A DNA stretch of 64,000 bases from Gammaproteobacteria bacterium. GTDB lineage: Bacteria > Pseudomonadota > Gammaproteobacteria > Steroidobacterales > Rariloculaceae. Under the pieces are notes generated by a model. That model did not search any database, was not told the origin of the DNA, and saw only the letters and a program-made list of their open reading frames with translations. The DNA is taken from assembly GCA_039933105.1 (NCBI GenBank), contig JBDTOT010000012.1:41202-105201 (forward strand), read 5' to 3'. Each line of letters begins with the position of its first letter. Within the stretch, counting starts at the first letter, position 1. Below, one piece after another: positions 19,170 through 28,730 of this stretch. Position numbers and translations under genes: made by a program.

Positions 19170-19555
19170 CGCGGCATCGCGAAGCTCCCCGCCGGCAGCA
19201 AAGCGCCGGATACCCAGCCGGTCGCCGACGCCGGGGACCTCAGAGGAACCGCCTCACCGGCCGCCGGCAAGCAGCCGCTGGCGACCAGCGCCGCCTCGGG
19301 GGCACCGACACCCGGAATCGCATGAACTGTCGACTAGCCGACATACGCGGGGGGGTCGGACGCGCGATAAACACCCCGCATGCTCTCGTATTCGGTAAAG
19401 GACAGTCTGGCCGCGGCGCGGCCGTCTTGCTACGCTAGACTGCTGGAAACGAAAGGAAATCGGTCGGAACCCGGCAGTTCACTGGCAGCGCCAACAGGAA
19501 GGCCGCCAACCCGGTCCAGCTGGAAAGCCCCACCCCTTCATTAAAGGCACCCGCA

Positions 19556-20584
19556 GTGAATTCACAGACCCTCGCCAGTACGGTCAATCGTGGCCCGCAG
19601 GCCACGCTCAACACCGAGACACGGCTGAAGCTCTACCGCTCGATGCAGGAATGCCGCGTGCTCGAGAAACGAGCCTACGACCTCTTCATGCAGAACATGA
19701 TCAAGGGCACGAGCCACCTCGCCCTCGGCCAAGAAGCAATCGCGGCCGGGTTCGGTCTCGCGATGCAGCCCGGCGACTACACGTTCTGCACGTATCGCGG
19801 CCACAACCACACGCTCGTACGCGGCGTGTCGATGACCGAAATACTGGGCGAGCTCATGGGCAACGCATCGGGACTGATGCGAGGCAAGGGCGGCTCGATG
19901 CACCTCACGAGCATCAAGCACAACGTGATGGGTTCCTACGCCATCATCGGCGCACACCTCACGATCGCCAACGGCGCCGCCTGGTCGGCGCAATACCGCG
20001 GCACCGACCAGGTGGCCGTGTGCTTCTTCGGCGACGGCACCACGAACATCGGCGCTTTCCACGAAGCGCTGAACTTCGCCGTGATCTGGAAGCTGCCGAT
20101 CGTGTTCGTGTGCGAGAACAACCTCTACATGGAATACACGTCGATCTACGACGTCACAGCCGTGGAGCATCCCGCCGCGGACCGGGCGAGCGCTTATGGG
20201 CTCGAGCCGGTGCTGATCGATGGCAACGACGTGGACGTGGTGTACCGCACGGCGATGCGCGCTCTCGACCTCGCCCGCAAAGGCGGCGGCCCGAGCCTGA
20301 TCGAAGCACAGACGTACCGCCATGGCGGCCACTCGCGCGCCGACCCAGGCAAGTATCGGCCGGATGAAGAAGTGCAGGCGTGGCTGGCGAAGGATCCGAT
20401 CCCGACGTACCGCCAGCGCTTGGCGCAGCTCGGCATCAGCGAGGCCGAGCTCAAGAAAATCGACGACGAAGCGAAAGCACAAGTCGATGCTGCGACGGAG
20501 ACCGCGCGTAATGCGCCGCCGACGCCGCTCGAGTTGGCCGACAAGGATTTGTGGGCAGATGGAGGCTCGGCGTGGCGCAACTAA
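19556..20584 (+). CDS. TPP-dependent dehydrogenase E1 alpha (AcoA/PdhA-like)
   Basis: GQEA, GKGGSMH, GDG...CENN TPP motif, YRHGGHSRAD. Confidence 0.9.
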   Translation: MNSQTLASTVNRGPQATLNTETRLKLYRSMQECRVLEKRAYDLFMQNMIKGTSHLALGQEAIAAGFGLAMQPGDYTFCTYRGHNHTLVRGVSMTEILGELMGNASGLMRGKGGSMHLTSIKHNVMGSYAIIGAHLTIANGAAWSAQYRGTDQVAVCFFGDGTTNIGAFHEALNFAVIWKLPIVFVCENNLYMEYTSIYDVTAVEHPAADRASAYGLEPVLIDGNDVDVVYRTAMRALDLARKGGGPSLIEAQTYRHGGHSRADPGKYRPDEEVQAWLAKDPIPTYRQRLAQLGISEAELKKIDDEAKAQVDAATETARNAPPTPLELADKDLWADGGSAWRN

Positions 20585-21549
20585 CTTATCGCGAGGCCGT
20601 AGCAGCCGGCATGCAACAGGAAATGCGACGGGACCCGAACGTCGTGTTTCTCGGTGAGGACGTGGCCGCCGCCGGCGGCGTGTTCAAGACCACCGTGGGC
20701 CTGCTGGAGGAATTCGGCCCGAAGCGCGTACGAGACACACCGATCTCGGAACAAGCGATTCTTGGCGCCGCGATGGGCGCCGCGATGACGGGCCTCCGGC
20801 CGATCGCCGAAATCATGTTCTCCGACTTCTTCGCTGTGTGCTGGGACATCGTCGCGAACGAAATCGCGAAGACCCGCTACATGACGGACGGCCAGGTCAC
20901 GCTGCCGCTCGTCATCAAGTCGGGCAACGGCGCTGGCTCACGTTTCGGCGCGCAGCACTCGCAGGCCGTCGAGAACTGGGCCATGGCGGTACCCGGCCTC
21001 AAGGTCGTCGCACCGGCATTCCCGGCAGACGTCAAAGGCCTGATGGCCTCGGCGATCCGCGACAACGATCCCGTGCTGTTCTTCGAGTCGAAGTCGCTGT
21101 ACGCCGTGAAGGGCGAGGTGCCTGAGGGCGAATACACCGTGCCACTCGGCAAGGCCAACGTGATCCGTCAAGGCACCGACGTCACGATCGTGGCGCTCGC
21201 GCTGATGGTGCCGCGCGCTCTGAAAGCGGCGGATATGTTGAAGGAGCAGCACGGCATCAACGCCACGGTCATCGACCTGCGCTCGCTCGTGCCGCTCGAC
21301 ACACAGACGATCCTGACCGAAGTCGCGAAGACCGGCCGGCTCGTCACCGTCGAAGAGAACCCGCGGCTCTGTGGCTGGGGTGCGGAGATTTCGTCGATCG
21401 TGTCCGAAGAGTTGTTCTGGGATCTCGACGGCCCGATCGTGCGCGTCACCACGCCGCACATTCCGCTATCGGCCGCCAACAACCTCGAAGACATGCAGTT
21501 GCCGAACCCTGAGCGCATCGTCGCCAGCGTTCGCCAGCTTTGCGATTAG
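20572..21549 (+). CDS. TPP-dependent dehydrogenase E1 beta
   Basis: LGEDV, RVRDTPISE, AQHSQ, IDLRSLVPLD; GTG start after GGAGG. Confidence 0.9.
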   Translation: MAQLTYREAVAAGMQQEMRRDPNVVFLGEDVAAAGGVFKTTVGLLEEFGPKRVRDTPISEQAILGAAMGAAMTGLRPIAEIMFSDFFAVCWDIVANEIAKTRYMTDGQVTLPLVIKSGNGAGSRFGAQHSQAVENWAMAVPGLKVVAPAFPADVKGLMASAIRDNDPVLFFESKSLYAVKGEVPEGEYTVPLGKANVIRQGTDVTIVALALMVPRALKAADMLKEQHGINATVIDLRSLVPLDTQTILTEVAKTGRLVTVEENPRLCGWGAEISSIVSEELFWDLDGPIVRVTTPHIPLSAANNLEDMQLPNPERIVASVRQLCD

Positions 21550-21566
21550 CCGCGGAGAAAGACTCG

Positions 21567-22946
21567 ATGAACGTATTGATGCCGCAGCTGGGCGAAACCG
21601 TCGCCGAAGGCACTGTCGCGAAATGGCACAAGAACGTCGGTGACAAGATCGCCATCGACGAGCTGCTGTTCGACGTCGAAACCGACAAGGTGTCGATGGA
21701 AGTCACGGCGATCACCACGGGTGTGATCACGAAGATCCTCGTGCCCGAGGGCGCGACGGTCGACGTGGGCACCATCCTGGCGGTCATCGACGACGGCGCA
21801 GGCGCTACCGTCACCGCACCGGCCACGCAGCCGGCGGCACCGGCACCGGTCTCCCCCCCACCAGCCGCCGAAGCTTCGCCGCCGTCGTGGTACGCCGCAA
21901 TGCCGCCCGCGATGAACCAGGCCACCGAGCAATACACGCCGCCAGCCGCAGTTGAGCCAGCCACTACCGCCGTCAGCGCGGCACAGCGCGACAGCCACCA
22001 GCGTCTGTCGCCGGCCGTCCGCCGGCTCGCCGCCGAATACCGGCTCGATCTGGCCGCCGTCAACGGCTCTGGCCGCAACGGGCGCATCACCCGGCGCAAC
22101 GTCCTCGAGTTCATGCAGACGCGGCAATCGGCCCCCACGCAGGCGGCCGCTGCGCCAGCGGTTGCGAAGCCGGCGACGGCGCCCGCTGCCGCCCCCGTCG
22201 CGCGCGCTCCCGCACCGGGTCCTGTGCCGGCCTCGCAGCTCGGCACGAAGGTGCCGTTCACACGCATCCGCCGTCTCACGGCCGATCACATGGTTCGCTC
22301 GAAGGCCACGAGTCCGCACGTGCTGCAGGCCGTGGAAGTCGACTTCCAGCGTGTAGACCAAATACGTAAAGCCGTGCGTGACGCGTGGAAGGCGAAGCAC
22401 GGCCATTCACTGACGTACCTGCCGTTCATCGGCAACGCCGTGTGTCGTGCGTTGCAAGACTTCCCGCACCTGAACTCCAGTGTCGACGGCGACAGCCTGG
22501 TGCTGCACGAGCACGTGAATCTCGCGATCGCCGTGGACCTTGGCGCCGAAGGTCTCGTGGCGCCCGTTGTGAAAGCGGCCGAGAATCTGTCAGTCGCGCA
22601 ACTCGCCGACGCGATCGCAGATATCGCTCAGCGCGCGCGCACGAATCGCCTGAAACCCGATGACTTCTCCGGCGGCACCTACACGCTGTCGAACTCGGGT
22701 ACGTTTGGCACGCTGATCACGGCGCCGATCATCAATCAACCGCAGGTTGCGATTCTGTCGACGGACGGTGTCCGCAAGAAACCGGTCGTCGTGGAGACCT
22801 CGGAAGGCGACTCGATCGCGATCCGCCCCGTGGGCGTGCTCGCGCAGTCGTTCGACCACCGCGCCGTCGACGGCGCTTACTCCGCAGCATTCCTCGATCG
22901 TTTGCGCCGGCTCATTGAAACGAGCAACTGGTCCATCGAAGTCTGA
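21567..22946 (+). CDS. Dihydrolipoamide acyltransferase E2
   Basis: lipoyl domain MPQLGETVAEG..ETDKV, E3-binding SPAVRRLA..GSGRNGRIT, catalytic DHRAVDG. Confidence 0.92.
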   Translation: MNVLMPQLGETVAEGTVAKWHKNVGDKIAIDELLFDVETDKVSMEVTAITTGVITKILVPEGATVDVGTILAVIDDGAGATVTAPATQPAAPAPVSPPPAAEASPPSWYAAMPPAMNQATEQYTPPAAVEPATTAVSAAQRDSHQRLSPAVRRLAAEYRLDLAAVNGSGRNGRITRRNVLEFMQTRQSAPTQAAAAPAVAKPATAPAAAPVARAPAPGPVPASQLGTKVPFTRIRRLTADHMVRSKATSPHVLQAVEVDFQRVDQIRKAVRDAWKAKHGHSLTYLPFIGNAVCRALQDFPHLNSSVDGDSLVLHEHVNLAIAVDLGAEGLVAPVVKAAENLSVAQLADAIADIAQRARTNRLKPDDFSGGTYTLSNSGTFGTLITAPIINQPQVAILSTDGVRKKPVVVETSEGDSIAIRPVGVLAQSFDHRAVDGAYSAAFLDRLRRLIETSNWSIEV

Positions 22947-22948
22947 AC

Positions 22949-23884
22949 ATGCCGAAACACACGCTCGGCTGGATCGGTGCCGGCGGGCGGATGGGCGCGG
23001 CGATGGCGAAGCGCCTACTCGCGGCCGGCCATGACGTCACCGTCTACAACCGCACGCGCAGCAAGGTCGAGCCGCTCGCAGCGCTCGGCGCAAAGATCGT
23101 CGATTCGCCGCGCGCCATGCGCGGGCTCGACGTCGTGTTCACGACTGTATCCGCGTCCCAGGATCTCGCAGCGGTGTGTCTTGGCGCAGACGGTGTGCTC
23201 GGCAAGGACCAATCGCCGAAGCTCTTGATCGACTGCTCGAGCGTCTCGGAGGAAGCCTCGGCCGACGTGCGAGCCGCGGCGGCCAAGCTCGGCACGGACA
23301 TGCTCGCTGCGCCTGTCAGCGGCAATGCAAAAGTCGTCACCGCAGGCAAGCTCACGATCGTGGCATCCGGCCCGCGCAAGGCGTTCGATCTCGCGAAGCC
23401 GTACCTCGATGCGCTCGGCGTAGGCGTCACCTACGTCGGTGAGGGCGAGCTCGCACGCATGGTCAAGATTTGCCACAACCTGTTGCTCGGCGTCGTGGCG
23501 CAGTCGCTAGCCGAAATCACGGTGCTGGCGGAGAAAGGCGGCGTGCCGCGCAGCGCGTTCCTCGAGTTCATCAACAACAGCGTCATGGGCTCGATGTTCT
23601 CGCGCTACAAGACGCCGGCGTTCGTGAACCTCGACTGGACGCCCACGTTCACGCCGGTGCTGTTGCTCAAGGATTTGGATCTCGGGCTCAAAGCGGCCAA
23701 GCAGCTCGATGTGGAGCTGCCGGTTACGCACATCACACGCGAGCTGGTCCATGCCGCCGTCGAGGCCGGCCATACGGACTGCGACTTCGCGATCCTGCTC
23801 GAGCAGCAGGCAAATGCAGCGGGCATGAAGCTCGTGCCGGAGAACATCGCCGTCGACGACGGACTGAAGAAGAAATCCGGCTAG
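22949..23884 (+). CDS. NAD(P)-dependent beta-hydroxyacid dehydrogenase (3-hydroxyisobutyrate/tartronate semialdehyde reductase family)
   Basis: GWIGAGGRMG, APVSG, VKICHN, KDLDLG. Confidence 0.85.
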   Translation: MPKHTLGWIGAGGRMGAAMAKRLLAAGHDVTVYNRTRSKVEPLAALGAKIVDSPRAMRGLDVVFTTVSASQDLAAVCLGADGVLGKDQSPKLLIDCSSVSEEASADVRAAAAKLGTDMLAAPVSGNAKVVTAGKLTIVASGPRKAFDLAKPYLDALGVGVTYVGEGELARMVKICHNLLLGVVAQSLAEITVLAEKGGVPRSAFLEFINNSVMGSMFSRYKTPAFVNLDWTPTFTPVLLLKDLDLGLKAAKQLDVELPVTHITRELVHAAVEAGHTDCDFAILLEQQANAAGMKLVPENIAVDDGLKKKSG

Positions 23885-24306
23885 TCCTGCCGTTCCGCAG
23901 CGGCTTTCAAGCAGCGCACGAACTCGTTGAACGCCGGCTTAAGGTCCGGAATCGACTTGGCAATCAGTGGCGCGAACAGCCCTGCAAATTCCTCGCGCAT
24001 GTCGAACTCTACGCTGCCGCTGTTGTGTGGCGCGATCGTGAACGTGCGCGTTCCGGTGAACAAACCGAGCGGCATGCCCCCGCGCCAGACCATACGCCGC
24101 GGCGCGTCGAGCTCCGCGACTCGGACCGGGAAAGCGCGCCCAGGGCTCAACTTCGTATGCACGGTGACGGTAGCGCCCAACGCCACATAGCCAGCTACCT
24201 TGTCGACCGTGGTGTTCCACGCGGGCCAACGGGCCACGTCTATTAATAGCGCCCACACGCGCTCGGCTGGCGCTTGGATGGAACCTGCGGCTTGGAAGGT
24301 CTTCAT
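23881..24306 (-). CDS. SRPBCC/polyketide cyclase-family protein
   Basis: IQAPAERVWALL..WPAWN, F..CLKAAAE. Confidence 0.85.
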   Translation of the reverse strand: MKTFQAAGSIQAPAERVWALLIDVARWPAWNTTVDKVAGYVALGATVTVHTKLSPGRAFPVRVAELDAPRRMVWRGGMPLGLFTGTRTFTIAPHNSGSVEFDMREEFAGLFAPLIAKSIPDLKPAFNEFVRCLKAAAERQD

Positions 24307-24421
24307 CGATTGATGTTACTCGGGGTACGCCCGACTGTTGGTAGTTCTGGTCGATCAATTCTGCTACGTTGTCGCCGCAACTGCGAGCCACCGCCGCATA
24401 GCCAAAGGACTAGCTGAGAAC

Positions 24422-24748
24422 ATGAGCCGCGAACTGACCCCCACCGCCGGTCGCTGGTACCGGGACCTGGAAAGAGATGAGACCTTCAAAGTCGTAACCG
24501 TCGACGAAGACGACGACTTGATCGAGATTCAGCACGCCGACGGCGAGATGGAAGATCTCGAGTCCGCGGAGTGGTTTGAGATGGATCTCGAGCGCATCGA
24601 AGAACCAGAGGACTGGTTGAACGAGGCCAAGGACGAGAAAGAAGACAAAGACGATCGCGACGACGATCTCGAGGACGACGACGACGATGACGACGAGGAT
24701 GATGATGACGATGAGGACGACGATGACGGCGATCGCGACGACTACTAG
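24422..24748 (+). CDS. Small DUF6763-like protein with long Asp/Glu tail
   Basis: P..GRWYRDL..FKVVTVDED..IEIQHADGE..W..EPEDW followed by poly-Asp. Confidence 0.7.
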   Translation: MSRELTPTAGRWYRDLERDETFKVVTVDEDDDLIEIQHADGEMEDLESAEWFEMDLERIEEPEDWLNEAKDEKEDKDDRDDDLEDDDDDDDEDDDDDEDDDDGDRDDY

Positions 24749-25742
24749 CGCCGCTCTGTCCCGCTCCTCCTGGCTCGTCGCGGCGGCCATGTCGGTGCTA
24801 TGCACCGCCGGCGCGAGCGCGCAGTCGCTCGTCGACCAGCTCGCATGGGCCTACGCGATAACACCGGGCACAGACCCCGCCGCGCCGGCCGACGACGGCA
24901 CGCAGCGCCAGCTGCCCGGCACGGACAAGACGTTCAAGGTCGATCAGATCCGCAACCGGTTCGGGCCCTCCGACTGGTTTCCCGGCGAACACCCGAGCAT
25001 GCCGAGTGTCGTGGCCAACGGGCGCGAGGCGGCGGGCATCTGGGCGTGCTCGCTGTGTCACTACCCGAATGGCAAGGGCCGGCCCGAGAACGCGGGCGTC
25101 GCGGGGCTTCCGAAGGAATACTTCGCCCAACAGCTCTACGACATGAAGCACGGGCTGCGCATGAGCGCGGACACGCGCAAACCGAATACGTCACGCATGA
25201 TCGCCTTCGCGGCCGCCATGACCGACGACGAGATCCGACAGGCCGCCGAATACTTCGGCGCCATGAAGTGGACGCCCTGGATCGACGTCGTCGAAACCAA
25301 GACGGTCCCGAAGACTTCGCCGCGCGGTGGCATGCACCTACGGCTCGAAGGCGCGGAGGCCGGCACGGAGCCGCTCGGCAAACGCATCATCGAGACGCCG
25401 CGCAATACCGAGTACACGGAGCTGCTACGCAACCCGCATTCGGACTTCATTGCTTACGTGCCAGTCGGCGCCACGGCGAAAGGCAAAGCGCTTGCGACGA
25501 CGGGTGGCGGCAAGACGACTCAGTGCACCGTGTGCCACGGCGACAACCTGAACGGACTCGCGGTGGTCCCAAGCCTGCGCGGCCGTTCGCCGAGCTACAT
25601 TGCGCGCCAGCTCGCGGACTTCAAGCAGGGAACGCGGCACGGCCCATGGGCGCCGCTGATGGCGCAAGTCGTGGCGAAGCTCTCCGCCGACGACATTCTG
25701 AACCTGTCCGCGTATCTCGCGTCCTTGCCGCCGGAGCGCTGA
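24723..25742 (+). CDS. Periplasmic diheme c-type cytochrome (c4-like)
   Basis: CSLCH and CTVCH heme motifs, signal peptide ending ASA; start position uncertain. Confidence 0.85.
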   Translation: MTAIATTTSAALSRSSWLVAAAMSVLCTAGASAQSLVDQLAWAYAITPGTDPAAPADDGTQRQLPGTDKTFKVDQIRNRFGPSDWFPGEHPSMPSVVANGREAAGIWACSLCHYPNGKGRPENAGVAGLPKEYFAQQLYDMKHGLRMSADTRKPNTSRMIAFAAAMTDDEIRQAAEYFGAMKWTPWIDVVETKTVPKTSPRGGMHLRLEGAEAGTEPLGKRIIETPRNTEYTELLRNPHSDFIAYVPVGATAKGKALATTGGGKTTQCTVCHGDNLNGLAVVPSLRGRSPSYIARQLADFKQGTRHGPWAPLMAQVVAKLSADDILNLSAYLASLPPER

Positions 25743-25750
25743 GCAAGCGG

Positions 25751-26173
25751 CTACGGCCGAAACTCGCGGGGCTCGAGCCGAACGTCGACCGACGCGACCT
25801 CGAACCCGAGGCTCTGCCGCTTCGGGCGAAACTCGTTGGCCTGCACAAGCAAAGTGACGTTCGCAGGCGGCGCCTGGTCGCACACGGGCTCGGCGGCCTT
25901 CAGCACGAACGAGCCATCGACGCCGCTACGCGTCGAGAGTTGCTCTTCCAGATACGTGACTTCGACGACCGCATACGGCACGGGCTTGCCATTGGCGTCG
26001 CGAACCGACCCGCGCAGCTCGTACTGCGCGCAGGTGGCGCGGATGATCCAGCGCTCGATGAAACCAGTGCCCGCGTCGTGGCTCGCGTTTACCAGCACGT
26101 TCAGCAGCAGGAACATCGCTGAAGCGATCACGATGCCGATCACGGCGAACAGCAGGTAACGAAACGCGCCCAC
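25751..26173 (-). CDS. Membrane-anchored protein with carboxypeptidase-regulatory-like beta domain
   Basis: N-terminal TM; LRGSVRDANGKPVPYAVV..DGSFVL. Confidence 0.65.
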   Translation of the reverse strand: MGAFRYLLFAVIGIVIASAMFLLLNVLVNASHDAGTGFIERWIIRATCAQYELRGSVRDANGKPVPYAVVEVTYLEEQLSTRSGVDGSFVLKAAEPVCDQAPPANVTLLVQANEFRPKRQSLGFEVASVDVRLEPREFRP

Positions 26174-26184
26174 GTGCTACTTCG

Positions 26185-27240
26185 TTAACCCTCGATCTTC
26201 AGCAGCCGGCGCAAGTTGCCGCCGAGAATCGCTTCCTTCTCGGCTGGCTTCAAGAACGGCGACTGCGCGATCAAGTCGATCGTATCCGGCCACACGTAAG
26301 GAATATCGGAGCCGTACACGACCTGGCTCACGCCGGTTTCGGCCACGAGGTGGCGCAACCCTTCCGTCGAGAACACCATCGAATCCACGAGGATCTGATC
26401 CCTGAAGTAGTCGCTCGGTTTGCGTTTGTTCGCGCACTTTGCGTCGTCGCGCACGACGCATGACGCATCTGCGCGGCCGACATACGACGGCAGGTAGCCA
26501 CCGCCGTGCGCCGCACAGAGCTTCAGACGCGGAAAGCGGTCGAGCGTGCCGTCGTAAATCATGTGGCTCAAGAACACGGTCGTCTCGAGCGGATTGCCGA
26601 CGATGTTCGGGAGGCTGCCGCGGCCGTCGAGCGAACCATCACGTGCGATGTTCTGCGCGTTGTTCGGGTGCATGAACACCGGCACGCCGAGCTCTTCGGC
26701 CTTTGCCCAGAACGGATCGTATTTCGGCGACGACGGCGGTTCGTTCGAGACGTGCCCCCCGATCGACGCGCCACGGATCCCGAGATTCTTCACGGCATGC
26801 TCGAGCTGCTCGGCGGCGAGATCGGGAAACTGCAGTGCCGGCGACGAAAGCCCTACGAACCGCTGCGAATTCTGCTTGCACCAGGCCGCGATCCCCTCGT
26901 CGTGGATGGCAACGACCTGCTTCGCCGCTTCGCGATCGGCCGTGTACCACCAGTACGTGTTGACGCTGAGCGCCTGCACGTCGATGCCGCGTTCGTCCAT
27001 GAGCTTGATGCGCTCCGGCCCCATCACGAGCGTGGGCGGCAACGCACGCGGCACGCTGACGCCGGGCACACGCGTGGCGACTTCCGGGAACACGCAGTGC
27101 GCGTGCACGTCCACCACCATGACGCGCCGGCCATTGATCTTGACCTCTTTGCGGCCCGGCGCCTGCGCCTTGAGGCCGCCCGCGCCCAGCGCCACGATCG
27201 CGCCGCCGGCGGCGCGCAGGAATAGTCTGCGAGTACTCAT
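26185..27240 (-). CDS. Amidohydrolase-2 family protein with Tat signal
   Basis: STRRLFL Tat motif; DVHAH, FMHP, AHGGGYLP, YGSDIPY. Confidence 0.88.
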   Translation of the reverse strand: MSTRRLFLRAAGGAIVALGAGGLKAQAPGRKEVKINGRRVMVVDVHAHCVFPEVATRVPGVSVPRALPPTLVMGPERIKLMDERGIDVQALSVNTYWWYTADREAAKQVVAIHDEGIAAWCKQNSQRFVGLSSPALQFPDLAAEQLEHAVKNLGIRGASIGGHVSNEPPSSPKYDPFWAKAEELGVPVFMHPNNAQNIARDGSLDGRGSLPNIVGNPLETTVFLSHMIYDGTLDRFPRLKLCAAHGGGYLPSYVGRADASCVVRDDAKCANKRKPSDYFRDQILVDSMVFSTEGLRHLVAETGVSQVVYGSDIPYVWPDTIDLIAQSPFLKPAEKEAILGGNLRRLLKIEG

Positions 27241-27449
27241 GAAATTCCCCCGTGCTGGTTCCGGACAGCGTCGCCTACGCCCTGGCGGGCGTCAATCACA
27301 GGGCGCCGCGCGGAGTGGGCACGAAACCTGGTCACGGGTCATGTATGTTCAGGCTAATATAGCGGCCGGCCGCACCGCGTGCGGAAAATAAGATCGATCG
27401 GGGGGCCGCGCTGCCGCGATCGGGGGGTTCATCAGATGAGGGGTTGCTC

Positions 27450-28667
27450 ATGAAGGTTACACCGCGTTTCGGTGCGTCGGTTCGTTTACTCCTGACCGCC
27501 GCCGCCACCGGCGGCCTCGTCGGCTCGGCATTCGCGCAGCCGCCCGGCCCTCCGGGCGAGCAGTTCAAAGTCGTCACGTTCGTTGAAGGACTCAAGAATC
27601 CGTGGAGCATGGCCTGGCTGCCGAACGGCGACATGCTCGTGACCGAACGCGGCGGCACGCTGCGCCTCGTGAAAGGCGGCAAGCTGATGCCGGACCCGAT
27701 CGCTGGCGTACCGAAGGTACGCGCGCTCGGTCAGGGTGGCTTGCAGGAAGTCGCCGTGCATCCGAATTACGCTCAGAACCACTTCATCTATCTGAGCTAC
27801 TCGAAGCCCGACGCGGACGGCAAGAAGGGCACCACCGCCCTCTCCCGCGCGAAGTTCGAGAACGACAAACTCTCTGACGTGAAAGAAATCTTCGAAGCCA
27901 AGGCGTGGAACGACGCGCCGGGTCACTTCGGCGCGCGTATCGCGCTCGACAAGCAAGGTCACCTGTTCATGTCGGTCGGCGACCGTATGGCCGGGCTGTT
28001 CCCGCCGCGCCCCGAAGGCGGCATGGACCCGAACCTCGAAGGGCATCCCGCACAGCATCTCGACAACCACCAGGGCAAGATCCTGCGGTTGAACGACGAC
28101 GGCAGCGTGCCAAAGGACAACCCGTTCGTGGGCCAGGCCGGCGCGCTCCCGGAGATCTGGAGCTACGGCCATCGCAATCCGCAGGGCCTCGCAATCAACC
28201 CGGAGACGGGCGCGTTGTGGGAAACCGAGCACGGCCCGCAGGGCGGCGACGAGCTGAACCTGATCGAAAAAGGTAAGAACTACGGCTGGCCCGTCATCGG
28301 TTACGGCGTGAACTACACGCTCGGCACCGAGATCCACAAGACCCGTTACCACGACGGCATGGAGCAGCCGAAAGCGTTCTTCGTACCGTCCATCGCGATC
28401 TCGGGCCTCGCCTTCTACGAAGGCGACAAGTTCCCGAACTGGAAAGGCAACGCGTTCGTCGGCGGCATGAGCACGTATCGCCAGCTGGTGCGCTTCAGCC
28501 TGAACGGCCCCGTAGTCACGAACCGCGAGGGGCTGCTGCCGGGGCAATACCGCCTCCGCGACGTGCGCGTGGGACCGGACGGCTACGTGTACCTCGCCAC
28601 CGACAACATCTACGGCCAGCCGACGGCAATCCTGCGTCTCGAGCCGGCAGCCGCGGAAAAGAAGTAA
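27450..28667 (+). CDS. PQQ-dependent glucose/sorbosone dehydrogenase family (YliI-like)
   Basis: PWSMAWLPNG, GQGGL, SYGHRNPQGL, EHGPQGGDELN, NYGWP, RLRDV; signal peptide. Confidence 0.9.
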   Translation: MKVTPRFGASVRLLLTAAATGGLVGSAFAQPPGPPGEQFKVVTFVEGLKNPWSMAWLPNGDMLVTERGGTLRLVKGGKLMPDPIAGVPKVRALGQGGLQEVAVHPNYAQNHFIYLSYSKPDADGKKGTTALSRAKFENDKLSDVKEIFEAKAWNDAPGHFGARIALDKQGHLFMSVGDRMAGLFPPRPEGGMDPNLEGHPAQHLDNHQGKILRLNDDGSVPKDNPFVGQAGALPEIWSYGHRNPQGLAINPETGALWETEHGPQGGDELNLIEKGKNYGWPVIGYGVNYTLGTEIHKTRYHDGMEQPKAFFVPSIAISGLAFYEGDKFPNWKGNAFVGGMSTYRQLVRFSLNGPVVTNREGLLPGQYRLRDVRVGPDGYVYLATDNIYGQPTAILRLEPAAAEKK

Positions 28668-28730
28668 CGCGGGAGCTGACACGCCACGACATCCCTTTCA
28701 CTTTCGCGGCGTCGCAGCTGGTTCAACGCA

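Noticed and set aside
19440-19530. c-di-GMP or other known riboswitch
   Set aside because: No recognisable consensus of a riboswitch I know; kept only as a low-interest leader.
27316-27332. Sigma-54-like GGGCACGAAACCTGGT
   Set aside because: Lacks the conserved -12 GC.
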